Source: Hamiltosporidium tvaerminnensis FI-OER-3-3 (Eukaryota > Fungi > Microsporidia). From it: a stretch of DNA of 64,000 nt. This document shows, piece by piece, positions 1 to 13,893 of this stretch; the stretch's first letter is position 1; every line of letters begins with the position of its first letter. Made by a program: the position numbers and the translations under genes. The stretch is from the NCBI GenBank assembly GCA_022605425.2, contig JAKIMF020000013.1, positions 558,001 to 622,000 on the forward strand. The letters run 5' to 3'. The notes below the pieces were generated by a model. The model was not told where the DNA came from. It searched no databases and worked only from the letters and a program-made list of their open reading frames with translations.

Positions 1-640
1 AGGTTTAACATAAATAACTGCCCTCCAACTACATCATAGGTATTATCTAAACTACCAAAATTCTAAATATTTATATTCATAATGTGTGTGGAGCCTATTT
101 AATAAGCGGAACAATGTCTTGGGGGTTCAATGTCCGTTATCTGGTGTGTGATTACAGTTATATATCCACCTTAGCTCCTTTATCAGAGACCAGCAGCAGT
201 TCTACTTACTATAACCCTTCAGAACAAAATAAACTGCTCCTAAGATATTTCGTAGCAATCTATCAGAGTTCTAGTTAAGGTTTCAATATAATGCCAACTG
301 CTATATCCTGCTTTTCTGCTTTAAAGGTTTTTAATTTTCTGTATCTCCACATATCAAGTCTTATAACCCGATTATGCAAGGTTACATTTCAATGCTTTTA
401 CCTGGCAATTACCTACAAGTTAATTCTTGATTTCCAATCAAAGTACATAAAAAACCAAAAAATAAATTTTTGAAAAGGCCTCAATATTTCGTAGACCTTC
501 TCTTTCTCCTGCAAACACTCATAGAACCACTGAAAATTTAGTTTGGTTTTTTTCACCAAAAATCCAAAAAATGATTCAATTACAGATTCAACCCAATACT
601 TGGTAAACGGTTTATTTTTAATGAGGTTACATCTCTCAAT
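1..640 (-). mobile_element. Diverged, partial copy of the ~730-bp non-coding retroposed repeat family (family A)
   Basis: Opens with AGGTTTAACATAAATAACTGC and contains GGCAATTACCTAC and TTTCGTAGACC, collinear with the minus-strand copies at 7456-8166 and 20852-21578. Confidence 0.7.
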
Positions 641-768
641 ATTAGTAGTATAAATATAAAAAGTTAAACAAATTTTAAAATAAAGCAATAATTATACAAA
701 AGAAAAATTAATTATTTGGAAAATCGAGTGTAAAACTATGAGATGAAGTATTTATTAGAAAATATATT

Positions 769-1226
769 ATTATAATTAGTATTTTAAAAATTAGACTTAC
801 AATTAGAATAAATAACAAAATAATATATTTTAAAATCCAAATAATTATAATTAGTATTTTAAAAATTAGACTTACAATTAGAATAAATAACAAAATAATA
901 TATTTTAAAATCCAAATAATTATAATTAGTATTTTAAAAATTAGACTTACAATTAGAATAAATAACAAAATAATATATTTTAAAATCCAAATAATTATAA
1001 TTAGTATTTAAAAAATTAGACTTACAATTAGAATAAATAACAAAATAATATATTTTAAAATCCAAATAATTATAATTAGTATTTTAAAAATTAGACTTAC
1101 AATTAGAATAAATAACAAAATAATATATTTTAAAATCCAAATAATTATAATTAGTATTTTAAAAATTAGACTTACAATTAGAATAAATAACAAAATAATA
1201 TATTTTAAAATCCAAATAATTATAAA
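769..1226. repeat. 75-bp AT-rich tandem repeat, about 6 near-identical copies
   Basis: Unit ATAATTATAATTAGTATTTT...AAAATCCAA recurs at 841, 916, 991, 1066, 1141; it generates the repetitive ORFs 708-968 and 1008-1193. Confidence 0.95.
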
Positions 1227-1332
1227 TAATATTTGAAGAATTAGACTTAAATTATAATTAAAATAAAAAATAATAAATATATTTTAATATCTAAATTAAA
1301 TAAATATTTAAAAATTATTTTTTTAATTAATC

Positions 1333-2298
1333 TCATACATCACAGTTAAAATTAATTTTTTTATCAAATATATCTCCAACCTTCTTAGAAACTTCCTTCC
1401 TAGGATCCTTACTTTTCATAACCAATATAACATTAATAATAATACACAATGGTCCTCCTATGGCAACAACATATCTAATTTTTAAATCAATAATCATCGT
1501 TAAAATACCAAAATATATAGAATAAGACATAATACTTGCATTAAAAGCAAATATACCGTATTTACCGATATATTCTGATGCCATTAGATAATAACTACAG
1601 AATGCAAAAATATATGAAAACACATTATTAAAATTTGATACATAAAAATTGCCTAACTCTTTTAAATTCCAAATCATTTCTTTATCCAATATTTTTGTCA
1701 TTACAGCTCCAAAAATAAAAGAAACGATTGTAAAATATCTTAGAACATTATAAACACCAATAGATGGAATAATTAGTGATTGTATTGTCCCATTGGCCAT
1801 GTAAAGTATATCAGATAATAATACTAAACACATTCCTATAAAATCAAATTTTAAATCAGATTCATCTGCTTTATAATTTACCACGAAACAAACACTTACA
1901 AATGCCATAAAAATCGATAACATTTTAAAATCAACTTTACTTTGTTTAAGTATAAAAGCATCTGTAAATACTGACATAGGATATACCATTTGTGCTATTA
2001 GTATACCTAAATAACTACTCATTTTCATTAATCCTTTTATTAAACAGAATCCACCAATAAAATCTGTCATACCGATAACTATAATGTATAAAATATTTTT
2101 ATTATTTATTTTATACTTCGTTTTAGAAAGATAATAAATTATTTGACTAAAAATATGAATTACTATGTATGCTAAACCAAGAAGTGCAAACGGTGATATT
2201 TCAATTTTACTTTTCAAATAATGTGTGGAAACTACGGCTGTAGACAGAAGAAGTGACATTATCTGACCAAGGAAACATTTTATAAATATTTGATTCAT
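1333..2298 (-). CDS. Multi-pass membrane transporter, SLC35F/DMT-like
   Basis: About 10 hydrophobic segments in ~320 aa; N-terminal FLGQIMSLLLS resembles SLC35F. Start moved from the ORF track's 2307 to the ATG at 2298, which is directly preceded by CCCC. Confidence 0.7.
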   Translation of the reverse strand: MNQIFIKCFLGQIMSLLLSTAVVSTHYLKSKIEISPFALLGLAYIVIHIFSQIIYYLSKTKYKINNKNILYIIVIGMTDFIGGFCLIKGLMKMSSYLGILIAQMVYPMSVFTDAFILKQSKVDFKMLSIFMAFVSVCFVVNYKADESDLKFDFIGMCLVLLSDILYMANGTIQSLIIPSIGVYNVLRYFTIVSFIFGAVMTKILDKEMIWNLKELGNFYVSNFNNVFSYIFAFCSYYLMASEYIGKYGIFAFNASIMSYSIYFGILTMIIDLKIRYVVAIGGPLCIIINVILVMKSKDPRKEVSKKVGDIFDKKINFNCDV

Positions 2299-3505
2299 GG
2301 GGTACAAATTTTAATTTTATAAAATATTTTTGAAAATTAAAAAAAAAGAAACTGTCAGTGTCATTTTGATAGCTTAAATTAAATTTTAATACAGTATTTC
2401 TTAAAAAGAAAAATAAATTTGGTTTCAATTAAGCATGAATCTTATACCGTACTTAAAGAAGGTTGAAGAATTATTATAAATTTATTTTAAAAATGACTAC
2501 TTATAATTGATAATTGAATTTCTTTAAAGAAAAAATTGGAACATTTAAATAATTAGAAATATATGATTAAAAATTGCATTTGAGATATTAAAAATACCAA
2601 ATAAGACATATTTATGATTTATGTATGTTTCTTTGGAAATGTTAAAGTACGAAATAAATGACAAATTCATGATTTCAATTTTATTTCTTAAAGAAGAATT
2701 TAGAAAATATTTAAAGAAATTATAGAAATTAGTTTATTTAATTACTTTTAACATTTATATAATAAAAAAATACTATTTGGTGGGGATTTAAAGACTTATG
2801 GTGGTAACAACATTTAAATAATCAAAAATAATTACATTTAATTTAAGATACATAAAACCAGTATTTAAAATTTATTTGAATATACTTGCTGTTATATTTT
2901 TTTACATATTTTGTAATTTCATTGGAATATTTCTTTTTATTATAGAAGAAATGAATTAAAAATGCGGAAAATTGATTTTGTATTTTCGGTGAAATCTATT
3001 TTTATTTAGAAGAATTTAATGGCGATTATTCCCTTTTTTTGTAATTCAAATAAAATTATATGCACTTTTATAAGAATTGAAGCAAGAAACATAATGGTTT
3101 GTTCGTAGTTTTTTATTTATAAGATGTGAAGTAGTAAATTACTAATTTTGAACAAAGAAATGTTTTATAACTAAATTAGCTGATAACTAACCCGTATATT
3201 ATAAATTCAAAAAAATAGAATTTTTATATTAAAATTTATATATTTGGTAAATTAATTAAATAAAAAACGGAACATTTCGAAGACCATAATTTATTAATTA
3301 TATTTTTTAGAAGATTGAAATGTAATGAATAAATTTGATTTGTTTTTTCATTATCAATAAGCTGGAAATAAATAAAAATAATGAGTTAAGCTCAAAAGAT
3401 GATAATAAAGAGGTTTAAGAAATATGTAAAGATCTGGAAAATGATTTTTACCGTAATTTAGTTAGATAGTAGTTTTTATTGTTTTTAATATTTTATTTAG
3501 CTGAT

Positions 3506-4075
3506 CTCATTGAAGTGGGAATTATTTCCCAAAATTCGCTTCAAATATTTCAAACTGTAAACTTAGTAAGTATGTCCTGCTAGCCAATGTGTTAGGTCTT
3601 ATTTATAATCGTGATCTTGAGATAAATCCTTATATGATTATCTGGGACGGTATTTTGACAAAATAACATAAGCCCATACCTCAAAAACTGCAAATACCCA
3701 TGAATTTTAAGGGATATATATTCAGTCAATTGTAATTAAGAATAATGTCGAAACAATTTCCGTTGACCGACAGAGAGGACTTGAGTTACATTCAAATGCC
3801 GAAGAGAGCTGAGAAAGAGCGTAATGTTATTATTAGGAAAGCAGAGATGCACGAGGAATCAAAACCTCCTTTAAAACGCTGAGAAACAAAGAAGATGGAG
3901 TAAAAAGTTTAAAAACAAAAAATAATACTTCCCAAATTTCAGAGGTAAGAACTACATTAGAGAAATGGATAATATATATAAATTGAAGAGTCGGATTTAA
4001 AAGAAGAAAGGATGGTAGTAAAGGAGATTTAAGAATTTATATAAAAACGCGAAAAATATTTCAATCCAGAACTTT
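3506..4075 (+). mobile_element. Degenerate 3' fragment of REL-endonuclease non-LTR retrotransposon
   Basis: Nucleotide similarity to 17778-18342 and 31784-32794 (CTGCTAGCCAATG, CTGGGACGGTATT, AAATGCCGAAGAGAGCTG); no intact ORF. Confidence 0.85.
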
Positions 4076-4747
4076 ATATGTTTAAAATAATAATCTACAA
4101 CAATTATATTATTTACCACTGAAGTGTAAAAAAATGAATTCTATTTTATTGAAAACTTATAGGGGCAAGCTCTTTAAAATTTAAAAAATCGAAAAGAATA
4201 CTTGATTTATTTAAAAACCGATGAAAGTTTTTAGATAAATTATGATCATAAAATAGAAAGTCTACATTTTTTTCTTGATTAAATCAACTATGTAAATGTG
4301 GTTGAATTGTAATATTTTAATTTAATAAAAGTTTGAAGAAAAATTTCCGAAGATAAACGATATTTTAAAAATCAAAAAAATTAAATATTTTTGAAAATCG
4401 ATTGAAACTAAATACATTCGTTTATTAAGCTTAGAGTGATATAAAAGATTTTTTTTATAATTTACAGATTAAATATATTTATGTAAATAGAACGATAAAA
4501 AGATTTTTTATTTTTCAAATATAATAAATTATTTTCGCATTCAATTAAATTTGATTTATTTTCAAAAAAATCATTTTTTCAATTAATATTTTTTTAAAAA
4601 ACCGAATTTTTTTAATTATTAACAAATTATTCTATATTTGAAACAATTTTTTTAAATTAATTTAACGAATATGGAAATATAATATTCCATAAAAAATTCG
4701 ATTCGATTTATAATTTCTTCCTTCGCATACAATAAATTATTAGAAAA

Positions 4748-6211
4748 ATGATGAATCAGTTATATTTTTTATATTGCATCAATGTTTACTGTACTGTGAA
4801 TTTTAACTCCGAGAGTTGTACTACAGCTGAATATACTCTTCCAAATCTATCGCTTATAGATTCTGGCGAAGAAAGTGAAACGATTTTGCCTTCCAAAAAT
4901 TTGGATTATTTTGACAAACATATATTTTCCTCTATAAATAATCGCGAAATATTAGAGATATATAATATATTGTATGAGCCTTTCTATGATTTCGTCAATC
5001 AAGATAACTATGTAAAGCATTTTGAAGAATCGTATAAAAATTTGTTGCTAACTTCGAAGTCCCAACGTTCCAAAATAGAAACATATGTCTATAAATACAT
5101 TGAAAACGTATGTGAAAATATTTGTAGAAAATTTCAGCAAAATTTAAAAAAATTTATAAGGAAATTTCATTCAAGTAAAAGGAAAACTCTTGAAAATATA
5201 TTCATAAAAGATAAAAAATATAATTTGAATGGTGAGGAAATACTTAAAAAAATTCACAGTCTTGTTAAAATCGACGCATATATAAATGATATCGAAACTG
5301 AAGTTTCAGCTGATTCATTTTTTACAATTAAAAAACCAAATGAAATAAGTCTTCAATACATAATATTCGGGGAATTTTCTTTGTATCATTTTACCGGGTT
5401 ATATTCTAAATTGTTAGATAAGTTTGGTAATACCAATGAATTAATGAATTTTTTATGCAATAAAACAGCAAAAGATGTGATGATTTGGTCGAAGGAATTA
5501 AATCAAACAATAACTGGTTTAGAAAAGACTGAAATTTTGAAAATTTTTAGTTGCAATTCAATTAAAAGTAATGATTTCTATCTCAGTTACAAAAACTTGA
5601 GGAAAAATTATGATGATTTAGTTCGTTATGACAAAGAAAAATCTAATATTTTCTATATAAATACTAAAAAATCAGAAGTAAGCCAAAATCTAAAAAATTA
5701 CTTACTTTTCCCTAACATGCTTCTCCCTCAAATTATATCAAAAGATCAAGTTCAAAAAAAAATATTTTTTGACGTAGATTTATTATTTCTATCATATATA
5801 AATTTATTTTTTTCAAAAATTTGTAGCGATGGTAAAATTCTGTACGAGAATTTCTGTTGCTTAGAAAATGACCAAACATTGAACAATATAATACCAAGTT
5901 GTTGGTCAATGTTCGAAAAAAGTCAAATATTTTTAGATTTTATATATTTATCTAAACAACTTTGTAGCAATAGCAATGACAATGCCAGTTTTTTGATAAT
6001 TTTTGATGATATAAGCAATAACTTGGTTCAAAAATTGCTTTCGAAATATTTCAAATATGAAATTTTCATTTTTTCTGGACATAATGTGAGTGCTGAGTTT
6101 GTAATCTTGATGTCAAAAGCCAATATTGGATTTATTTTTCAAATTTTTTTAGAAAATGTAAAAGAAGAGTTGCTTTACTCAATTTTTAAAGATTCCGAAC
6201 CTAAATATTGA
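4748..6211 (+). CDS. Hypothetical protein, probably secreted (487 aa)
   Basis: Long ORF in AT-rich DNA with a short hydrophobic N-terminus (MMNQLYFLYCINVYC); no family recognised. Confidence 0.75.
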   Translation: MMNQLYFLYCINVYCTVNFNSESCTTAEYTLPNLSLIDSGEESETILPSKNLDYFDKHIFSSINNREILEIYNILYEPFYDFVNQDNYVKHFEESYKNLLLTSKSQRSKIETYVYKYIENVCENICRKFQQNLKKFIRKFHSSKRKTLENIFIKDKKYNLNGEEILKKIHSLVKIDAYINDIETEVSADSFFTIKKPNEISLQYIIFGEFSLYHFTGLYSKLLDKFGNTNELMNFLCNKTAKDVMIWSKELNQTITGLEKTEILKIFSCNSIKSNDFYLSYKNLRKNYDDLVRYDKEKSNIFYINTKKSEVSQNLKNYLLFPNMLLPQIISKDQVQKKIFFDVDLLFLSYINLFFSKICSDGKILYENFCCLENDQTLNNIIPSCWSMFEKSQIFLDFIYLSKQLCSNSNDNASFLIIFDDISNNLVQKLLSKYFKYEIFIFSGHNVSAEFVILMSKANIGFIFQIFLENVKEELLYSIFKDSEPKY

Positions 6212-7455
6212 GAAATTTTGATGATACCGAATGTGAAAAAATCAAAGAAATCGAAAAAATTTGAGCGAATTTCTGTTCCTAAATAATTAATATATGCACA
6301 GAATATTTTAATATTTTTGAACCCGAATTTTGTTTGCGCTATAAGATTTTTCCTGCTAAATTTTTGTTTATTAAATTATTTTCATCATCAAAAGAATATT
6401 TATGATTTAAGAAAAAATACTTGTCAATAAGTTTTATCTTCTTTCAAGAAACTGAAATAATTTAAAAATATAAAAGATATATTCATTGATTTTATTTGAA
6501 TCTACTACAACTTGCTATGTTCAGAATATCATTCAGATTACCAAAAAAAGTACCTATATGTTTAATTTAAAACCGAAAACATAACTTATGGAATTATAAA
6601 AAATATTTATTAATAGATTAAATCAAATTATTTTACTTGGTTTTTTTCTACTTTTTTTCTTTTGAATTAGTTTGTCTTCATTTACCTCTTTTCTATATTT
6701 TGAGCTAAAAATAAACTAAAAAAATTGAATACATTTTTTAAAAAGTTTAAAACTTTTAGATATAATTTTTATAGTTACTGTTTAAATTACACATGCTGTT
6801 AATAATGTGAAAACGAACTTAATTTAAAATTCAACAAAAAATAAAAATATATTAATTTATCATCTTAAAAATGACTAGCTTGGCCATACGAATTTGCTAT
6901 ATTATTTAGGTTTTGATAAATTCTCATAATTTTTCTAATCGTATATTCTTTAGTCTTTTATATCTGCATTTTTGACGGCCTTGTGAAATTTCATATTAAA
7001 ATTTCAGAATATGGTTTACTTATCATATATTTCCTACTCTGTTCAATTGAGTTTTAAATTTATAGTAGTTTTAAGTAATTATTTCTTTTTTGAATTGGCA
7101 AGATAGTCATCTATTTTCATGCGCTTTGCTTGTTTTTTTGTTGGCATTCATTAATGTGAAGCATTTTCTTTGTCTGAAAAAACAATTTTTTTTCGCGGCA
7201 TTATGCATTAGTTAATTAAATAGTTATATAGCTTCCTGTCAATCTTTCTTGAAATATTTCTATTCAATCGTCAATATAATTGCATGAAGTATTCAAGCAA
7301 TTATCCGGGATATAAATAAATTGCAGAGAGGAAGGCAAAAAAGCATCCATCTTGTCGTATAATCGTTTATTTAACAATAAAATTTCTCAGAAATAAAATC
7401 TAAAAAATTGCTTTTATTTTTTTTTCAAAAATGAAAGCTTTAAATTAAAAGTAGA

Positions 7456-8166
7456 TTTCATTTGAAAATATCACATCTTTTTTGCCCAGTGGCAAGTGTT
7501 ATATTTGTTTTCATGAAATTAACGCAGTTCTAGGTTTAACATAAATAACTGCTATCCCAAAACTCCATCAGTAACCCCTGCGATACCTATATCACAAAAG
7601 CTTTCATGTACCAGGTATATAGAACCTAATAAATAGACGAGGCAATTGCCCGGAGTTCGTTAATGTCCGTTGCAGGGTGTGTGATCGAAGGCCCAAGCCC
7701 CCTCTGGGCTCCCTCAAGACTATGCAGCATTCCCAATTATTCTACACTTTCTGAACCCAATAAACTTCTAGCTAAGATATATTTCAGAGACTTACATGGG
7801 GTCCACCTAGACAGTGCACTGTCATACCAACAGGTATAACCTGCTACTTAGCTCTCCCGGCTTTTAATGGGTTTTATTTTTATATCTCCCAGGTGCTAAG
7901 TCTTCTAACCAGAGTGAGCAAGGCTAGGTTTCCATGCTTTTGCATGGCAATTACCTACATGTTCAGCTGCGGTCTGCAATCTGGTTACATAAAAAACTAC
8001 AAATAAATTTGTAGAAAAAGTTTCGCTATTTCGTAGACCTCTCCTCCTCATAACAACCGAAGATATACTGGGTTTTTTCAAAGAAAAATCCAAACAATGA
8101 TCCTCAAATCAGTTTCACACACTCATTCCAAGCAGAAAGTTTTTTATGTGGTTATCCTCCCTCCAC
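7456..8166 (-). mobile_element. Family A ~730-bp non-coding retroposon, near full length
   Basis: Reverse complement of GTGGAGGGAGGATAACCAC...AAAAAGATGTGATA; small internal deletion relative to 43665-44396. Confidence 0.9.
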
Positions 8167-9169
8167 TTTAAATATGATATAAAAAGATACTTTCAGATAC
8201 AAATTTTTTTAACGAGTTTGAATTTTTTTTCATTTTTTACATATAATTTACGGTTTTCCATGTCTTTCTTTATGTTCAAAATTTTTATTTGACATCTTAA
8301 TTTGCTATTTTATGCACGAATTTAATTTTTTACTGTAAAAAAAACATAAAACGGTATTTTATATGGATGTTACAACAATTTTACTATTTTTTTTACGATA
8401 GAAATTAATAAAAAAACTCCTATGTTGATATAATTAAAATGGTTTAGTAATTTGATTATATAAAAAAAGCAGAACTGAAAAAAATAATTCTCATAGAATC
8501 GATTATTGGAAAAAAAGTTGAATCATTCGATTTTAAATTTTTTGAAACAATAAATGTTTATTTTATAATCAAAAAATTGTATATTGTAAAAAAATCGACC
8601 TATAATGCATATAGTTAAAAGAATATTTATTGTGGAAACTTAAAAATTTTATAATATGTTTGAAATATTCTTATTAAAAAAAATATTTTCTTTTTACTAT
8701 CATAAATAAAATATGCATTTATTTTTCTTAAAAAATAAACCAATTTACCATATATAGAATCTTATCAAATTTTTTAGAAATAATCTGAATTGGTAAATTA
8801 AGATTTTTTTTTTTCATTTTACGATGCTGCTAGTAATTTTTTTGTACATAAATGAGATAAATTTGTATTTTTTTTCTGCAATGTACTAATATCAACCTAT
8901 TAAATCTAAACAAAGATCAAAAGGTTTATATTGTCGTTAAAATATCATTTTATAGATTGAAAAATGCAAGAAAAAAATTCGATATAACCTCGCTCAATAT
9001 ATTTAAAAATCACCATTTTTTATAAAACCAAGTTTATGTATTTTAGACTTCCTTTAGATTCATTCTAAGCAATGAAGAATTTGCAATAAAATTATATTTC
9101 ATGAAATCAAAAATTAAAGCTTACATAATATTATATTTTAAAATTTGCAAATTAAATCCCCTAATAGAA

Positions 9170-11268
9170 ATGATACAGCTAAATACATGTTTCTATCTAT
9201 TCTTTTGCGAAATTTTTGCTGCAATAGATGAAACTAGATCGAATGTAGAAAAAAAACATGTAAAACATATAGCTGTGTGAAAAACATAAAATCTCAAAAG
9301 ATGTATCCATCGATATCAAATGCCACAAAACAAACGACAGACCAAAATTTAAATTCTAATCCTATTATATCTAATAAACCCATGGAAACACTGGCAACAA
9401 ATCAATATACAGATACTAGTAGTGAAAAAACGTGTTTCTCTTATGACATGTCTCAATGTTGCGTTGATTCTAAGTTTACGTATTCAACCGATGATGTTTT
9501 AAATGAACTGCTTTCTGAAACGAATTCCTCTGAATATTATGTTGTTCCAGAATTCATGTGTTTAACTGATGATGTTTTAAATGAACTGCTTCCTGAAACG
9601 AATTCTTTTGAAAATTATGTTATTCCAGAATTCATGTGTTTAACCGATGGTGTTTTAAATGAACTGCTTCCCGAAACGAATTCCTCTGAATATTATGTTA
9701 TTCCAGAATTCATGGGTTTAAATGATGATGTTTTAAATGAACTGCTTCCCGAAACGAATTCTTTTGGTAATTCACAACCCAATTTTATGCCGTTTCCAGA
9801 CAAACCGAACAAGATTGGAAAATCACCAAGTGTAGGCCCAATAGAAGGCAACCGCTATGCTTTTTCAGATAATATTGTCGAACAAGGAAATTCTTTTTCA
9901 TCGAGTTATATTGCAAATCAACCAACAGAATCATGTGAAAGGAAAAGATTAAGATCATCAAAAAATATAAAGTGTAATAGCACCGAAAATTTAAACATCA
10001 TGCTACCAAAGCAGTCAGATATGCAACCTACTGGTTTTGAACATTCACATTCCAAAAATCCTACCGGCGAAAAAAACTACGCAGAAATTTTTCAAACAAA
10101 AGTAATTAATGAGATGGAAAATAATTCGGGCAATATGTGTCAAAATTATAAAAGTTTTTTAAGCCTAATTCCAGAATTGTATTTGGAAATAGATAATGAA
10201 TTTGGAATTACAATAAATAATAATGTGGTATATGACTCTATGAATAAAACATTATCACGTGAAAATTATACAGAAGTAATACTTAAGGAAATCAAGAGTT
10301 ATGAGTCGGTTGTTATTGACGCAGATATGATACCAGGAATATTACTATTTGCTAATACTCTTTTGAATTTTGAAAAAATGTACTTAGCAGACTTAGAACC
10401 TTATCAAATATTACAATTTGAAGATTCCATGACAGTTATAATAGAAAAAATTAAAAACCATAGAAATTTAGGTATGTTTTATGAGCTCCTTAAATTTGTT
10501 TACTATTATCAAAAAAACATATTTTATCATATCGCAAAAAATTATATTTTATATGTTTATTTTATTTTAGCTGTTATTTCAAAACAGTTAAAAAATTTTA
10601 ACGATGACTTTTCAATCTTATTTAAAAAATGCTTTAAAATAGAGAAAGGACACTGCTATAATAATACCATTAACAAATATTTAAAGAAATTATATGTTCA
10701 AAAAGTATTTTCTAAATTATTGTTGGGAATGGAAAATGGCATAATCATGGCAAAGTTCTATAATGTTTATTTGAGCCTAGAAATATGTTGGAAATCAAAT
10801 CATAATACGCATTTTTTTAATCAAATATTAGTGTTTAGATTTTATTTAAGGGTTTTAATATCACTTGTTCTAATATGTGGATCTAAGCTAGAGATAGAAA
10901 GTTTAACCAATTTTATAAACTTATCGTTTGAAATATTCGTTAATAGAGGCAAATTAAAAGACAAGTTTATACAGGAATTAAAAATATTAATAAAAGATAA
11001 AAATATAATCAATTTTTTGATTAAGGAAAATTTATTGATAATATCAAAACTAACAAATAAACAAGCACAAAGCGATTGTATTAATAACTGGCATAATATG
11101 CTTCAAGAAAACATTAAAAAAGGCATAGATTTATCGTTCCAAAATATTTTCAAATCCGAAGTATGTTTGAGCTGCTATCTTTCCATGAATTATAGAAATA
11201 ATAATTTTGAAATGGATAAAAACAGTAACAATTGGCAGTATTGCTTCAATAGGATATTCAAAAAATAA
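9170..11268 (+). CDS. Secreted hypothetical protein with 26-aa internal repeats; apparent 1-nt frameshift in the A8 run at 9249-9256
   Basis: CCCC motif then ATG at 9170 encoding MIQLNTCFYLFFCEIFA; adding one A to the A8 run joins it in frame to the 663-aa ORF at 9277-11268. Confidence 0.7.
9487..9765 (+). repeat. 78-bp coding tandem repeat, about 3.5 copies
   Basis: TDDVLNELLPETNSSEYYVIPEFMCL-like unit repeated in protein and DNA. Confidence 0.95.
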
Positions 11269-12299
11269 TAATAAAACATTTGGCGCAATTATCATTTTAA
11301 ACGCAGCTGTTATATTACTTATGTTCTAAATTTTTAAAATCTAGTTATATTTGAGAGAATAAAAGATACTAATAGTTCATGCAAGTTTATTTTCTTAATC
11401 AAATGTATCTAGACCAAGACGCTCAGAGCGAGATAAAAATTACATGCATCATTCGGTTGATTTTTTTTTATTTTTGTGGATTATATGTGTTCTTGAAGAA
11501 GAAAAAAAAATATATATGAATTATACAAAGAAAATTTAAATTTTGATATGCTGGAAAAATAGTAATATAAAGTAAATTCGTTAGGTTTTCGCCATTGTTT
11601 TAATCAAAAATTATATTTTTTTTATATTTCTTACAAACGAACAAAAGAAACCAACAAAAATACGCGGTACAATTGATTTTCAACAGAATTGATTCGGTTC
11701 AGATTAGGCACCAATAAGATGTTTTGTTGTTTGTTAAATTTACTTGTAGAAATTATAAATAATTAATTAAAACACCTATCCTTATATATAAATCTAGATA
11801 TTTCTTGGATCTTATTTTAAAGAATCTTTCTTTTTTCTTATAAGTAATTTCGAAAGCATGAATAAAACTTCGAGCATATGTATCAAGATGATGGAATTGC
11901 AGGCCTAGAAAGCTCTATTAAAATTGCAACTATGCTAAATTTGAATATTTCCCTTTAACACATCATTGCATAATATTATCAACAATTATAGAACAAAGCT
12001 AGGGTTTCAACATTAGTAGCACAATAATTTCAAAAACCTCTACAATCGCGTGCGACTAAAATTGAAATCATAAAAGCGAGAACTGAAATTTATTGATAAA
12101 ATATTTAAAGTTTACCTTGCATAGTCCGTTATAAATCGTCCTTTGTATTTTACTAAATTTTTTTGTGTATTAACGTAAGTAAAACACTTTTTTCTTAATA
12201 TGAATCGAAAAAATACCATTTTTAACATAGAATCAATAAAAGTATATAATTCACACGGTATCAAATTATTCCATGCAATTGAATCGTGATAATTTACTT

Positions 12300-12800
12300 A
12301 TTCAGTTGAATCAATAAAATGATAAATCGAAAGCTACAAATAACATTGTAACACTGCTATTAAACGCCTTCTTTCATTTAAAAATATTTTTATGATGGTT
12401 CAAATGTTAAAAAACACTATTAAACCTTTCATAAACGGACTCAGCAAATGCATCAAAATGTTAAAAATCGCCTTTTAAAATAATTTGATAAACTCACAAA
12501 ATTATCAAAATTTAAGTTTAGCCTATTTAACATATTTGCAGTTATTATGCTTAATTTTAAGCCTCCTGTTGCCATATTATTTTATATAGAACATCAGGAG
12601 ATGAATAATACGATGTATTATCAACAATTAGAGCCACCTTCCGTTTCAAATGCATTAAATAGCCGAGCAAAGATACATTGTTTTCTGCACCCATATTTTT
12701 GCCGCAATCAGTATCAATAAATTCCGAGTTTTTAAAGATAGCATTGTTATACATCTTTTTATAACAGAAATATTTCTTAAATATTTAAAGATTTGTAACA
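12300..12800 (-). pseudogene. Possible decayed pogo/Tigger-type DDE transposase remnant
   Basis: KRKVALIVDNTSYY resembles the RKxxLxxDNxxxH motif of DDE_1 transposases; otherwise heavily disrupted and boundaries are approximate. Confidence 0.35.
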
Positions 12801-13893
12801 CTATATACAAATAAAAACCAACACAGGATTTTAGATAGGTCAGTTTTAGGGTACTAATTGTATTCCCACACATTATAAATGTGAGATATTTTTTCAGTAA
12901 TTTTTTTCTGTTACATAAAAGATAATTAGATGATCCTGAACCACATTAAAGTTTATTTTAATTCGAACTTTATTTATTTTTTTTTGTTATCAGAGAATAC
13001 TAGCCTAAGATAAATTGAAAATTTCAAATGTATTTCTAAAAATTATTTTTAGAAAGATAATCACGGCTTTCTTGTACCGGTAATGATTATAATTATATCT
13101 TTATTAAAGCAATAAATTCCAATTAGAAGTTTTTAAATCGATAGAAAGTTGGTTTTCGAAATATTCAAAAAGCTTTTTAAGATATATGATATTAAATAAT
13201 ATATAATATCAATATAATTCTCTATAAATACATTACAGCTTTAAGTTCATTCATAATTTGAAATTTTATTTTTTACAATATTACCTTGAAATCCAAATAT
13301 ATAAATACTTTGAATTTTAAAGTTAAAATCAAAGTACTTAAATTACATAGAGTTGGTATTACCGATACAAAAACAGTCGAAGAACTTTGGAAATACGCTT
13401 GAAATAAAACTCGAAGAAATAAATCATTTAATTTTAAAATAAAATATAAGCATAAAATTCTTCGAAGAAATATTTACAAATATGACACTTTTAAAAAGAA
13501 AACCATCATAGTATTTCGATGATGTTTTTATAACAAATTAAAGGTTATTTTTATGTTTTAGTGAGAACAAAAAAAATACTTTAAAGAGAATATTCTAAAT
13601 AAAACCAGTTTTTACTTATGTTGATATTACTGTGTTCAAACAATTAAAAAGATTTTACGATGGTTTTCGAACACAGATATTTCTATAAGCATAAGACCTT
13701 GTTTATATATATAAATCTGATAAAATACTAAAAAAAAGATATTTTTGATGATTCTCTTACATGAAATATGTATATAAGTATCATTTTATTTCTAAAATTG
13801 AAATTAAGATTTTTTTATTTCCAAAATTACTGATTTGAATTAAAAAAAATTTTAAAAGTAAAATATTTTACATAATATAGAATAATATATCGC

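Noticed and set aside
708-1193. Hydrophobic repetitive ORFs
   Set aside because: Translation of the 75-bp tandem repeat; non-ATG starts and a stop in one unit
7905-8093. Short ORFs inside family A copies (also 21289-21531)
   Set aside because: Reading frame not preserved between copies and non-ATG starts
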